Origin: Tubiluchus corallicola | Lineage: Eukaryota; Animalia; Priapulida | Length of the DNA: 64,000 bases | Assembly: GCA_030141605.1 (NCBI GenBank) | Contig: JAQGDQ010000601.1 | Span: 67,536 to 131,535 of the forward strand | Reading direction: 5' to 3' | In this document: positions 53,311 to 64,000 of the stretch, piece after piece | Position numbering within the stretch: the first letter of the stretch is position 1 | How the letters are laid out: each line of letters starts with the position of its first letter | Translations under genes and position numbers: made by a program | Notes under the pieces: generated by a model | The model's database searches: none | Told to the model about the DNA's origin: nothing | Seen by the model: only the letters and a program-made list of their open reading frames with translations

Positions 53311-56300
53311 TTTGCTTCTACTGTGATGAAAACAAAATTAAATACAAGTATCAGGTCTACACCCGATGATTTATCACTAATATAAACACGAATATGGACT
53401 CTTTACACACAATTATACCTTTGACATTTAATTGCCATTTAATAATCTTATGCGGATGCAAACACGCGCGCATTTGATCGGTTGCATAGTTTTATTTCAG
53501 AACAAAGTCCATAAATATTACAACACAAATCATAATTAACAATTAAACATTATAATATAAATCAATATAGCAATTATCGGTTAGTAGTATCTCACAATTA
53601 AATACACTTAATTAATTATTTGCAATATTTACAATTTAGCTTTATTGTGCTACAATTCAAAGGCATTTATTCCAGTTTGGCTAATATAAACTAATTCTGC
53701 TGTCATCTCTGTGTTATCATTTGTCACTTATGTCACTTGACTCTGAATGGTACATTTGTTAACTATCATACATGCTGTGAAGTACGTGAAGCGAGATTAA
53801 AGTCTGAGCAGTACACTCACACCATGAAGTTTAAGTATTATATTCACGTTTAAACAATTGAAAAATGCAACGGAGAAACCACGTTTCAGCTTGTATTTCA
53901 AGGGCAACGTCTCGACTACAATTGCACAGTACCTAAGCTTCTTCAATACGCTGGACAATACACTGGACAACATTTTGACCAATAACATGCCAAGATTAGT
54001 GTTATACACCGGGGGGTCGCTCTTAACCTGTAGAATTTCACTACAGATATTATACCACAACGTAAAAGCATAGATCAATAAAAAGTGTATTTTAGTCTGA
54101 TGCCAAGTTATAATAAAGTTAACCAATGAAAAATCAATGTTTATATCAATGTTTAGAAGAATCGTACAATAAAAGTCTTTTATTAGCCCAATTACGGCAA
54201 CATCTTCGGCAAGTCTTACATGAAACGAAATGTCGCGATGTAGTGTCGCTTTCGTATATTTCATGCGAGTTTTGGTGGCCTCGACATTTGCTTTACAACT
54301 TTTCTGCAGCGATTTTACTCTACCTGCTCTAGAGTCGTGCGCCTGAAGTTATAAATCTGATTCCAATAAAAGTAACAATATCAATGTTTATTAACAACAT
54401 ATAATAATCATAGCTTATACGCAATGGTGAGCAACGAGGACGAAGATTTTTGCAGCCACTACCGGATTGGGTGTCCAGGATATGTGAATGACTCTTAAAG
54501 CAAATGCCAAGTCTCTCGGGAAGTTGAGCTTATTTTAATATTTGAAAAAAATGTCAGAAAGTTTCAGCAATAAAATTGTTATAAGCGGCTCGTGTAATTA
54601 GTAAATCAATTTATAGTTGCGATCACTTTAAGCTTGAGCGATTTTTAGACGAATGTAAAAATACAGTTCCGGTTCGCATGTAAAATAAATACTTATCCCG
54701 TCAGCAATATTTTATTTGACTTATAGAGCAAACTCTATAAACAAAGTAGCCCGCTCGGCACGTACTATTTGCTCGCAAGTTTGCCTGCGTATCTGAAAGT
54801 CAAAAAAATTCTACAATTTAATATTTACACAATTAACGTACACTAATTAGGCATTTTAATATATATAGCTGTACAATAAAGCTATTTAACCACTTTAAAT
54901 TGAGAATTGATCCAATGACTAATTTCAAGAAAAACACAGTTAAACACAGCGTCAGAGAAAATAGAACTTCTAAGCAAACTGTAGAAATTTTGCAACGCTT
55001 ACCTTCACAACAGCTTACCTTCACGATTCACGCTGCCCAGCAGACACCAGCTTACGTCATTTTTTTTTTCAAAATATGCCGGCAGCCACGTGCGTTTGGT
55101 CGTAAATAAAAAGTATTTCAATTTCTTTTACATTTTTAAGCAAAGTGTTTTATGAGGATATTTTGTGTTGTAATTTCAATATTTTAAACTGTACAGTGAA
55201 ATGCAATAAATGTTCTTCGAGGGTTGGTTCTTCCTTTAAGTACTTGCGTGACGTCATGCGTCACGTGTTTTGGGAAGGGTTCCCAACTTTTCACGACAGT
55301 CGATATAACAGCAAAAAAAGCGGCATAAAACTTCAAATTTAAACTGTAAACATTCTCAAAAGATGGCCAAGATACTTAATAAAAGTTTTACCACAAGATA
55401 AACGCCATTCATCAATTAGCGTTTGAGTCATCCTGTATTTAAATAAAAAGCGGCCCAAGCACATGTCCTATGGCATAATGTCGCTTAGGTTACTCTCCAT
55501 GGCCATTCTGATATTATGTCACATTTTATCGCAAATCAAAGATATCGACTGCTATTGGGAAAAGTAACTAGACAAATTAATATTTTCTCTACGCCGTATG
55601 CAAGATCATACAGCACCCATGAAATAAGGTAAAAAAGCACATGATCTGGATTTAAGATTTGCAGGGAAACGCCAAGCTTATTGGGAACATACCTCCACAC
55701 AATAAAATTGTATATAGGCGATATTGAGGATTAAAAATATTATTCTCAGTACTCTGTACTATTACGCATCCACCTATAATTAACAATTCTCATTATGCGT
55801 GCATATGCTCCAGTTGACATATTTACAAGAACTTCTGAAGCTAGCATGCCACAAACGGTTATAATGTTGCTGCGTTATTTTAAGCCTGTTTTGTTTACTG
55901 TAGCTCTAAAAGTAAAATTTCATAAAAGTAAAATAAATAAAAGTCCTTTTGTTTACAGTTACACAAGTAGTATACAGAAAAACTATCACATGTTAAACTT
56001 TGTTTTTACTTCGGCACGACACATATTACATTATATAACAACAATTACACTGTAATTGAATAACATTATCACCAGAGACTGAAATTTTAGTCTACAAATG
56101 ACAACCTACTGTATGTTTGCCTGTATATAGTAATGTTGCAGATCTTAAATTAACCAAAATTCAAAAGATTATAAATTTTGCACTTTTGAAACTTCCGTGT
56201 CAGAGAGTTTTTGCCGACATGCCGTCAACTTGCGACGTAAAACTCTCTATGTTGTTAAGCGCGTTTGGAAGGGAGAAACCATAACACTAAATTACGGCGA

Positions 56301-56493
56301 ATAAGACAGTGCATGCATGCCCAGAGTTACCAACTTAGCACTGTTTTAAATGTTGATACAGGTGCATAATTAGTTCCGTCAAAGATTTGTTTATTTATTA
56401 TAATTACTATACGGAATCCGTCCACTTCATTTCGTTTTAACGTCCAGAAGCAGCTGATCAATTCGGTAACCGCGCGTTCCGCACACACAGCAC

Positions 56494-56726
56494 AACGTAC
56501 TGGATACGTTGCAGTTCAGCCCAACAAACGTGCTGGCAACGTTTACATAAACGTACTGCATACGTCGCAGCTCAGCCCAACAAACGTGCTGGCAGCGTTT
56601 ACATAAACGTACTGCATACGTCGCAGCTCAGCCCAACAAACGTGCTGGCAGCGTTTACATAAACGTACTGCATACGTCGCAGCTCAGCCCAACAAACTTA
56701 CTGCCAACGTTTACGTAAATCACGTG
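56494..56726 (+). promoter_or_regulatory. Four-copy 56-bp tandem array with ACGT-core and D-box motifs just upstream of the sHSP gene
   Basis: ACGTACTG anchors at 56495, 56551, 56607 and 56663. Units carry AAACGTGC and TTACATAA, and the array ends TTACGTAAATCACGTG. The repeat is certain; the regulatory role is inferred. Confidence 0.55.
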
Positions 56727-56939
56727 GCAGCTAAATCCCAATACTTAAAAGCAATACTGCATGAGAAGCAGCTTGAAAACTCATGATTGCGGATGCCTCT
56801 TTCCAACAACCAAGTTCTGACTCTGCAGTGTTCAGCATTATAATTCAGAGAAACAAGACTTTTGTGAAGTGAACGTTTGCTCTTCCAATTGCAGCAAAAA
56901 AAGACATTTCAACTCATTCATTAAAGCGGGATTACGTAC

Positions 56940-57716
56940 ATGATCATGCATCATTGCTATTCAGCTAACACAGACGCGCACACGGAAGAAAATCCGGTTG
57001 AAAGACCCATACATAGACCACTATTCTCTGCACATCCGAATTGCGAGTATGGACTACCACTTCCAAATTCCAGAAATCGTTCATCAAATCGGTTTTCTCA
57101 TTTGCCAGCCATTGACCATGCAAATAAAGGAGCAGTTCGAGGCAAATTTGGCCGAAGACTGCGACGAAGATCTGGTAGAGGATGGCATGGGCAAAGTCTC
57201 TCTAGGGGCATCGGGCCTGCAGGAATGGGAACACACCATTCTTTCTGGAAGGGTAGGCCTGAATCAGGACAGCGTCGCATGAAACTCCACACTATGCAAG
57301 CCTTTCAACAGTGCACTGGATCACTTAAATGGAACTATACCGATCCAACCGAGAAATTAACAGAAAAAGCGCATAAGACAGAGAGACCTTTTGTCGCAAA
57401 ATGTTTCACTTTCACAATTCCCAAAGAGAACTTAATTGTGACAGTCTCGGAACAAGTTCTCCACGTTTCTGGGCAGTATGTTAGTAAAGAAACTGGTAAT
57501 TTTATTGAATTGGAACAGAAGTACCAGTTGCCAAATGGCGTGGATGCTACCAAACTCAAGACCCACATGAGGCACGGCATGCTCATTATAAAAGAGGAAA
57601 ATTCTCACACAGAAATACCGGTAGTTGTTGCTAGTGATGATGATGATCATGTTAGTGATGATGGCGAGGATAACACTAGAGAGTTTATGATTACAGGTGG
57701 GCAAGAGAAAGAGTAA
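56940..57716 (+). CDS. Small heat-shock protein (HSP20/alpha-crystallin domain), intronless, 258 aa
   Basis: FTIPKENLIVTVSEQVLHVSGQY...LEQKYQLPNGVDATKLKTHMRHGMLII matches the alpha-crystallin beta-sandwich pattern; C-terminal IPV motif (TEIPVV) and acidic tail. Confidence 0.82.
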   Translation: MIMHHCYSANTDAHTEENPVERPIHRPLFSAHPNCEYGLPLPNSRNRSSNRFSHLPAIDHANKGAVRGKFGRRLRRRSGRGWHGQSLSRGIGPAGMGTHHSFWKGRPESGQRRMKLHTMQAFQQCTGSLKWNYTDPTEKLTEKAHKTERPFVAKCFTFTIPKENLIVTVSEQVLHVSGQYVSKETGNFIELEQKYQLPNGVDATKLKTHMRHGMLIIKEENSHTEIPVVVASDDDDHVSDDGEDNTREFMITGGQEKE

Positions 57717-58189
57717 CAATTATATGTTAATGAAAATATGATAATGAAAGTCGGACCAAGTTTAAGATTGCTCAATGGGAATTCCATGGGCATAATATAT
57801 TACAGCTTTTGATTATTAAGGCAATTAGAAATCACGTTATGTTACTTTTGGTTTGGACACTTCATAAAGAAAAGGTTAAAACAATGTATCTTGAACAGCA
57901 GTGCTCATGTATTTCCAATAAGATTTGAAGTCTGAATTTACTTCATTTGCAAGAAGACGTGATGAAGAAAAATACTTGCAGTGGATTATGCTGTTTCGGA
58001 CTTTGCAATCTGTGATATACTACTACTATATATATATATATAACACATATAATACTTTCATTGCTTTTGTGATCTTATGGAAGGAATCTCTTCAACGTGA
58101 GCAAATTGTCGTTCTTGGCGCAATTTAAACAGTTTGATTTACAGTTTGTGTCATATCTGGAAAACGCTAAAAATAGGATGGCTTTGATC

Positions 58190-58530
58190 GACCAAACTCA
58201 TACTACTGTTGAGAAATGAAAAATTGCTAATTACATTATTAGCTCTGTGTATAAAACCGCTACGTTTGCGATTTATATCGTAGGCATCATCTGGCTTAGA
58301 GGTCTGTACACAGCCAAGATGAACTGGCCGTGTGCACCAAGTCACTGAAGTACCTGCTTAAGCAAGTTTTGGGTTAACAGTGTCGGGTCTGTTATTATTT
58401 GCATGAAACAAAATACATTTGCTTTTCACTATATTCGTTTGAATGTTGACAAAATTTATATTAAAATATACATATTTACATTTGTTTAACATATTCTGCA
58501 TTGCAGTTATACTAGCGGCTAGCAAATGTA
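58190..58530 (-). mobile_element. Degenerate LINE reverse-transcriptase fragment (RTE-X-like)
   Basis: HLLAASITAMQNMLNKC...KSKCILF and HLGCVQTSKPDDAYDINRKRSGFIHRANNVISNF resemble post-YADD RT segments; the frame is broken. Confidence 0.6.
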
Positions 58531-60103
58531 AATCATGCACCACAATATTTATTTCCAACAAAGCTGAAATACAAGCAAAAAAAATTCTGTAAAAGTGAAA
58601 TCATTTGAAAATATTTATTTAATACAGATAACAGAGAATTATTACTATTCCTTAATACAGACAATATAGATAACTAAAAGAAATTCTGTGGAAGCGAAAT
58701 CATTGGAAAATTCTTATTCAACAGAAACAATATAAAAGTGTGAAGGAAAACAATTTTGAAAATTATTATTTAATACAAACAAAATATAGAAAATAAACTA
58801 AAAATTTTGTTTCATATGGAGAATTTGAAAAGAAACAAAACTGAGAAACTTATATATATTTTTGCACATAAAACCTTATTTTTATTGCAAAATTAGAAAA
58901 TAAACTAAATACGAGACATTTGAGAGTCACTGAAATGTCAGTATGGGACACGGGACAAAATTATCAAATACAGGAGACACGTCCCCGTATATAAGGGACA
59001 TCTGGCAACCCTGAGCGTGCGCATAGCGAAACTGTGAAAAGGTTTATTTTTAGTACGCGCTACTGTTTCCTTTTTCCAGAATCAACATCCATTGTGAAAC
59101 TCTAAGAGTTTGGCTTGTAATATAAAGTAAATAAAATCAAATAAAAATCTTTATGTATCTATTAAAAAAATAAGATTACAGTGGACTACATGGCTAGGGC
59201 TTAGATATCGTGTCACACATATAAAATTAACTGTTTTGTACAATAATAATGTTGCAAAAATATAATACACAAATAACCTATACAAATTGTGTTTTAGAAA
59301 TATATCCCTCCGATATATTAACAACCATAGCAATAACTAATAGAATTTATAGTTTTCTTAGAATTAAGGCGAGACATTTATGGTCTTATTTTGAAACTGT
59401 AGGAACAAGTACAACCAAAAACAAAATGTCTGTCGTATGTTAATCATAATTTCATTCTCAGGATCCACAACTGTCACCAATGGCAAGAAGTTTCGAAGTG
59501 TCAATTTCAGTAACTCATGTTTGCCATCTGATAACTGAAAAGAAGAAGAAACAAGAAAAAATGAAAGTAATGAACGGGGAGCAATTGAAAAGTAACTTTT
59601 GATGAGCACAGGATATGAATACAGGAGAATAATTTCTCCACATTTACACAGAAGCTATATTTCAAATTAAAGTGAACTCTAAGTGACACATTAACAGAGT
59701 AAGGAGTTAATAAGTGTGCAATACTTCTTACCTTATAGATCTATTACTTAGAAATCTTAATTTCAACTGAAATAAAATAGCTAAAACGGTCACAGAAAGT
59801 GCCAAAGTTTTGCTGAAATCTTGCAACACTCAATTTGAATGTTTTCGGCATTGTTTTACATTGAGACAAAGAACAATGTCGACAACACCGCCGAAAAGTA
59901 GGAATTGACTGAATTGCAAGACTTCAATAACACTATGATGAACAACAAATGTAATAAGTTTATAGTTTAGCTTAGTTTTTATTTCAAGTTATTTGCAATT
60001 AATATAGACAAACGTAGATTTTAAATAATCTTTTACAATTAATGTATGCAAAAAAAACAGATGTACATTTCCCAGTTTTACTCATAATGAAGTAGTAACT
60101 TAC

Positions 60104-63100
60104 CGAACATGCAAAGGAGAACGGAAGTGATCAACCGTGGTAAATAGATTTGCAAAGCCATAAGAAAGCCTAAAAGACAATTTCGTTAGCTTCTTCATTG
60201 GAATTAAATTTTTAATTTATGCATAATCTAAGTTATAATTATCATATTAATCTCATATCGCATTAAGCTGATGAAAAGTGGTGCGAACTTGACTAATACA
60301 AAAACATGTGGCATAATGACGTGCCAATTTTTAAGCTTTTCAATTTCAACATCTCCAAATTAAAAACTTTGTGCAAACTTTAGTAACACTGTAGTAACAT
60401 CGATTTTCAGGAATTCTAGTAACACAGATTAAGCATTATTTTTAACTTGTGGTTCTATCTCTGGAAGAAAATAACAGAAACATTCTTTATGTACAGCTAA
60501 CCATGGAAAGCCCGAATAGTATGGCTCGTTCACGTCTGCGTCTCTCATTTGCGTCAAAAATGGGGTTGGTAATGCACACATGAAGGAGCCGTAGTATGAT
60601 TCATTCAAATGCGCGTCACATTTTCGCAGCCCACTCCAGAAGTTATAATAGAATTTCGATACATATACGGACAAGCGATACTACAAAGCCTCGAATAGTA
60701 TGGTTTTTTCAAGTCAGTGTCACATCTTTCTGCTCTAAATCAGAAGTGTGATGCAGACATGAAGGAGCTGTACTACACACACACAAACGAGTAGTATGAC
60801 TTAACCAAGTCTGCGCCACACCTTTGGAGATCTGTTCTACTAACATACCTGCACAGGCTGCACTTGTACGTATGAGGCACATTGTCCGTCTCTATGATTA
60901 AATGGCCTTGCTGGAATGCAATACTCATCATCTGCAAGACAAAATAACCAAGATGATTAGATCAGAAGAAACATGGGGACAGGTAGGATTAGCTGACTCT
61001 CTTTATGTTTACATTTGAAGTTACTTCTGCTATTTTTCAATATTTTAAATTATATCAATGACTCTGTATTTATGATTACCTTTACTTAGAGAGGTATTTT
61101 GCACAACCCTTTTGGTCTGCAATGATAATTATGAAGGTAGACTTCTACGGTCTGCAAGTCTAAGATACCACTATATCTCAAGCTCTTACCACTTAAAATC
61201 TTAATCTGTTCAATTTTTCATCAAAACACGATGTGATCAGTAATTACTGAAGCTATATGTCTTTAATTTTTCTTCTTTTTGCATAAACATTCATTTAGTA
61301 ACAGTAATCAACAATAAAGCACAAATTGTGCTCATCAAATAATGGCAATCAACAATAAAGCACAAATTGTGCTCATTTAATAACAGTAATCAACAATAAA
61401 GGACAATTTCTGCTCATTTAGTAACAGCATTCAACAATAAAGGACAATTTGTGCTCATTTAGTAACAGCATTCAACAATAAAGCACAAATTGTGCTCATT
61501 TAATAATAGCATTCAACAATAAAGCACAATTTGTGCTCATTTAATAACAGCAATCAACAATAAAGCACAATTTGTGCTCATTTAATAACAGCAATCAACA
61601 ATAAAGCACAAATTGTGCTCATTTAATAAAAGCAATCACAATAAAGCACAATTTGTGCTCATTTAATAACAGCAATCAACAATAAAGCACAAATTGTGCT
61701 CAACCAAAATTTCAGCTGTAAAAATTTCATTTCGTTTTATCCTTTCGGTAACTGTGACTTATCTGCTTTGTGTGCATTTGGGTTTATTTTTTTGATACAT
61801 TCTTGATGAATGAATGCATTATTTTGTAAACATTTCACTATCCAAACATATCCGTGACTATCTACAGCTGTTTTTCTCTCCAGTAAGCGAACCTATTCAT
61901 TTTCAAATTAATAATATTTGCACATTATCAATTAAAATTTTCATTAAAAATTAATTGAAAACCAGCAAAATTATTTACTTCATCTTTACCTGAGTGTCTT
62001 CTGGTAACAGATTTTCATCTCGTGAATTTTTTATCAAAATGGTCACCCTAAACGAAAATCAATAAAAATGGAAAACTGGGTTAACAAATGGGAAATAATT
62101 TCAGGTGGTTAATTAACTCTCAGCTACCCGATAATTAATTTGTATTGCACATAATCGACAAATGTTGTCATCAGATGCACTATAAGACCAGTTTACAATA
62201 ATAATGACAGCAATAACATATAAGCCTACCATAAGAATTCACAAGACAACTAATTAAACGATATAGTAAAAAATAGACTTTAAGACTCACACTAATTAAA
62301 TGTTATAGTAAAATGATAGGTTTTAAGACACACTTGTTAAACAATGTAGTAGAAATAGGTTTTAAGACTCACAATAGTTAAACAATGTAGTAAAAATAGG
62401 TTTTAAGACTCGCACTAGTTAAACAATGTAGTAAAAATAGGTTTTAAGACTCGCACTAGTTAAACAATATAGTAAAAATAGGTTTTAAGACACAGTAGTT
62501 AAACAATGTAGTAAAAATAGGTTTTAAGACTCGCACTAGTTAAACAATGTAGTAAAATAGGTTCTAAGACTCACACTAGCTAAATAATGTAGTAAAAATA
62601 GGTTTTAAGACTCACACTAGTTAAACAATGTAGTAAAAATATGTTTTAAGACTTGCACTAGTTAAACAATGTAGTAAAAATAGGTTTTAAGACTCACACT
62701 AGTTAAACAACGTAGTAAAAATAGGTTTTACACCTCACACTAGTTAAACAATGTAGTAAAAATATGTTTTAAGACTCGCACTAGTTAAACAATATAGTAA
62801 AAATAGGTTTTAAGACACAGTAGTTAAACAATGTAGTAAAAATAGGTTTTAAGACTCGCACTAGTTAAACAATGTAGTAAAATAGGTTCTAAGACTCACA
62901 CTAGCTAAATAATGTAGTAAAAATAGGTTTTAAGACTCACACTAGTTAAACAATGTAGTAAAAATATGTTTTAAGACTTGCACTAGTTAAACAATGTAGT
63001 AAAAATAGGTTTTAAGACTCACACTAGTTAAACAACGTAGTAAAAATAGGTTTTACACCTCACACTAGTTAAACAATGTAGTAAAAATATGTTTTAAGAC

Positions 63101-63722
63101 TCGCACTAGTTAAACAATATAGTAAAAATAGGTTTTAAGACACAGTAGTTAAACAATGTAGTAAAAATAGGTTTTAAGACTCGCACTAGTTAAACAATGT
63201 AGTAAAATAGGTTCTAAGACTCACACTAGCTAAATAATGTAGTAAAAATAGGTTTTAAGACTCACACTAGTTAAACAATGTAGTAAAAATATGTTTTAAG
63301 ACTTGCACTAGTTAAACAATGTAGTAAAAATAGGTTTTAAGACTCACACTAGTTAAACAACGTAGTAAAAATAGGTTTTACACCTCACACTAGTTAAACA
63401 ATGTAGTAAAAAGGTGGTGTAGCCCAATGGTGCTCGCTTACCAAACCGGAAGGGTAGAGAGTTCAACTTAAAAAGATTTATCAAAGACTTAAAAAATAGT
63501 ACGGCTGGTTCTTCGAGCAAGCACACAGGTTTACCAAAGTAACATGCGGGTAATAATAATCGGGACCACCTTGGAAATAAATGTTAAGTTACTTAAGGTG
63601 TTATTCGTGGACTGCATCCTAAACAAAACTGTCATTATTGCAAAGAACTAACTCACCCAATGTGCATTGGAGAATTGAAATGTTGAAGTGTAGTGAAGAG
63701 ATTAGCGAAACCAAACACGTCC
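60104..63722 (-). CDS. 3' part of a tandem zinc-finger protein gene (C-x2-C-x14-H-x5-H, matrin/U1-like); the 5' end lies beyond the window
   Basis: Phase-compatible GT-AG exons: 63722-63657 (DVFGFANLFTTLQHFNSPMHIG), 62047-61990 (VTILIKNSRDENLLPEDTQ), 60931-60849 (MMSIAFQQGHLIIETDNVPHTYKCSLCR), 60169-60104 (LSYGFANLFTTVDHFRSPLHVR). The terminal exon is uncertain (candidate acceptors near 59535, 59766 and 59931). Confidence 0.7.
61291..61701. repeat. 41-bp minisatellite, ~10 copies, with internal palindrome AGCACAAWTTGTGCT
   Basis: Unit TAATAACAGCAATCAACAATAAAGCACAAATTGTGCTCATT. Confidence 0.93.
62250..63412. repeat. 41-bp minisatellite, ~28 copies, with a 325-bp (8-monomer) higher-order repeat
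   Basis: Unit TAGTAAAAATAGGTTTTAAGACTCACACTAGTTAAACAATG; the variant GTTCTAAGAC recurs at 62561, 62886 and 63211. Confidence 0.95.
63413..63535 (+). mobile_element. tRNA-derived SINE fragment (A/B box head plus a Meta-domain-like block)
   Basis: GGTGTAGCCCAATGG (A-box-like), GAGTTCAA (B-box-like), then TCAAAGACTTAAAAAATAGTACGGCTGGTTCTTCG. Confidence 0.45.
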
Positions 63723-63898
63723 CTGCAAGTACAATAACGTGTTCTTTAAATGGGGCTACAGTTATTATAAAACTTGACTTAGCACTTTGACATGAAAACG
63801 AACAACTACTCTCAAACTGCAAGGTAAAATTCAGAGCACTACTAATCAAATGCGCTAAAGTTCACAATTTCCCATATACAAGAAATTACTTCGCAAAG

Positions 63899-64000
63899 TG
63901 GATTAGGATTAGAGTTAGGGTTAGGTTAGATTAGGGATAGGGCCTGGTTAGGATTAGGGTTAGGGGTGGGTTAGAGTTAGGGTTAAGGGTAGATCTGGGT
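63899..64000 (+). repeat. Degenerate interstitial (TTAGGG)-like repeat
   Basis: GGATTAGAGTTAGGGTTAGGTTAGATTAGGG..., imperfect, running to the window end. Confidence 0.75.

Noticed and set aside
53797-54332. Overlapping ORFs upstream of the CUB-Ig gene
   Set aside because: No recognisable motifs or consistent splice sites; probably decayed repeat sequence.
56494-56717. CRISPR-like array upstream of the sHSP
   Set aside because: Whole 56-bp units repeat nearly identically with no variable spacers.
61291-63412. CRISPR-like arrays
   Set aside because: The units are head-to-tail with no unique spacers, there are no cas genes, and the context is a eukaryotic intron; these are minisatellites.

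Overview
AT-rich, intron-rich animal (invertebrate) genomic DNA. I reconstructed five protein-coding loci by hand from GT-AG junctions. (1) A complete ~23-exon Gemin5 (minus strand, 2170-24671). (2) An 11-exon, 632-aa hybrid cluster protein (HCP, also called prismane or hydroxylamine/NO reductase; minus, 27007-35057), with all Fe-S ligand motifs intact and a mitochondrial-type presequence on its own first exon. This enzyme is typical of anaerobic prokaryotes and some protists and algae, so it is the standout observation. (3) A 7-exon single-pass CUB-Ig receptor-like gene (minus, 40832-53310). (4) An intronless small heat-shock protein (plus, 56940-57716) behind a 4x56-bp promoter array. (5) The 3' part of a tandem matrin/U1-type zinc-finger gene built from duplicated 66-nt exons (minus, ~60104-63722), which is largely invisible in the ORF track. 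Introns and intergenic DNA hold hAT, pogo/Tc1 and Harbinger MITEs, Helentron-like elements, LINE fragments, an LTR remnant, a 5S-derived SINE with a 55-bp target duplication, and several mini- and microsatellites. There is no CRISPR array. All gene models are manual and not confirmed by transcripts.
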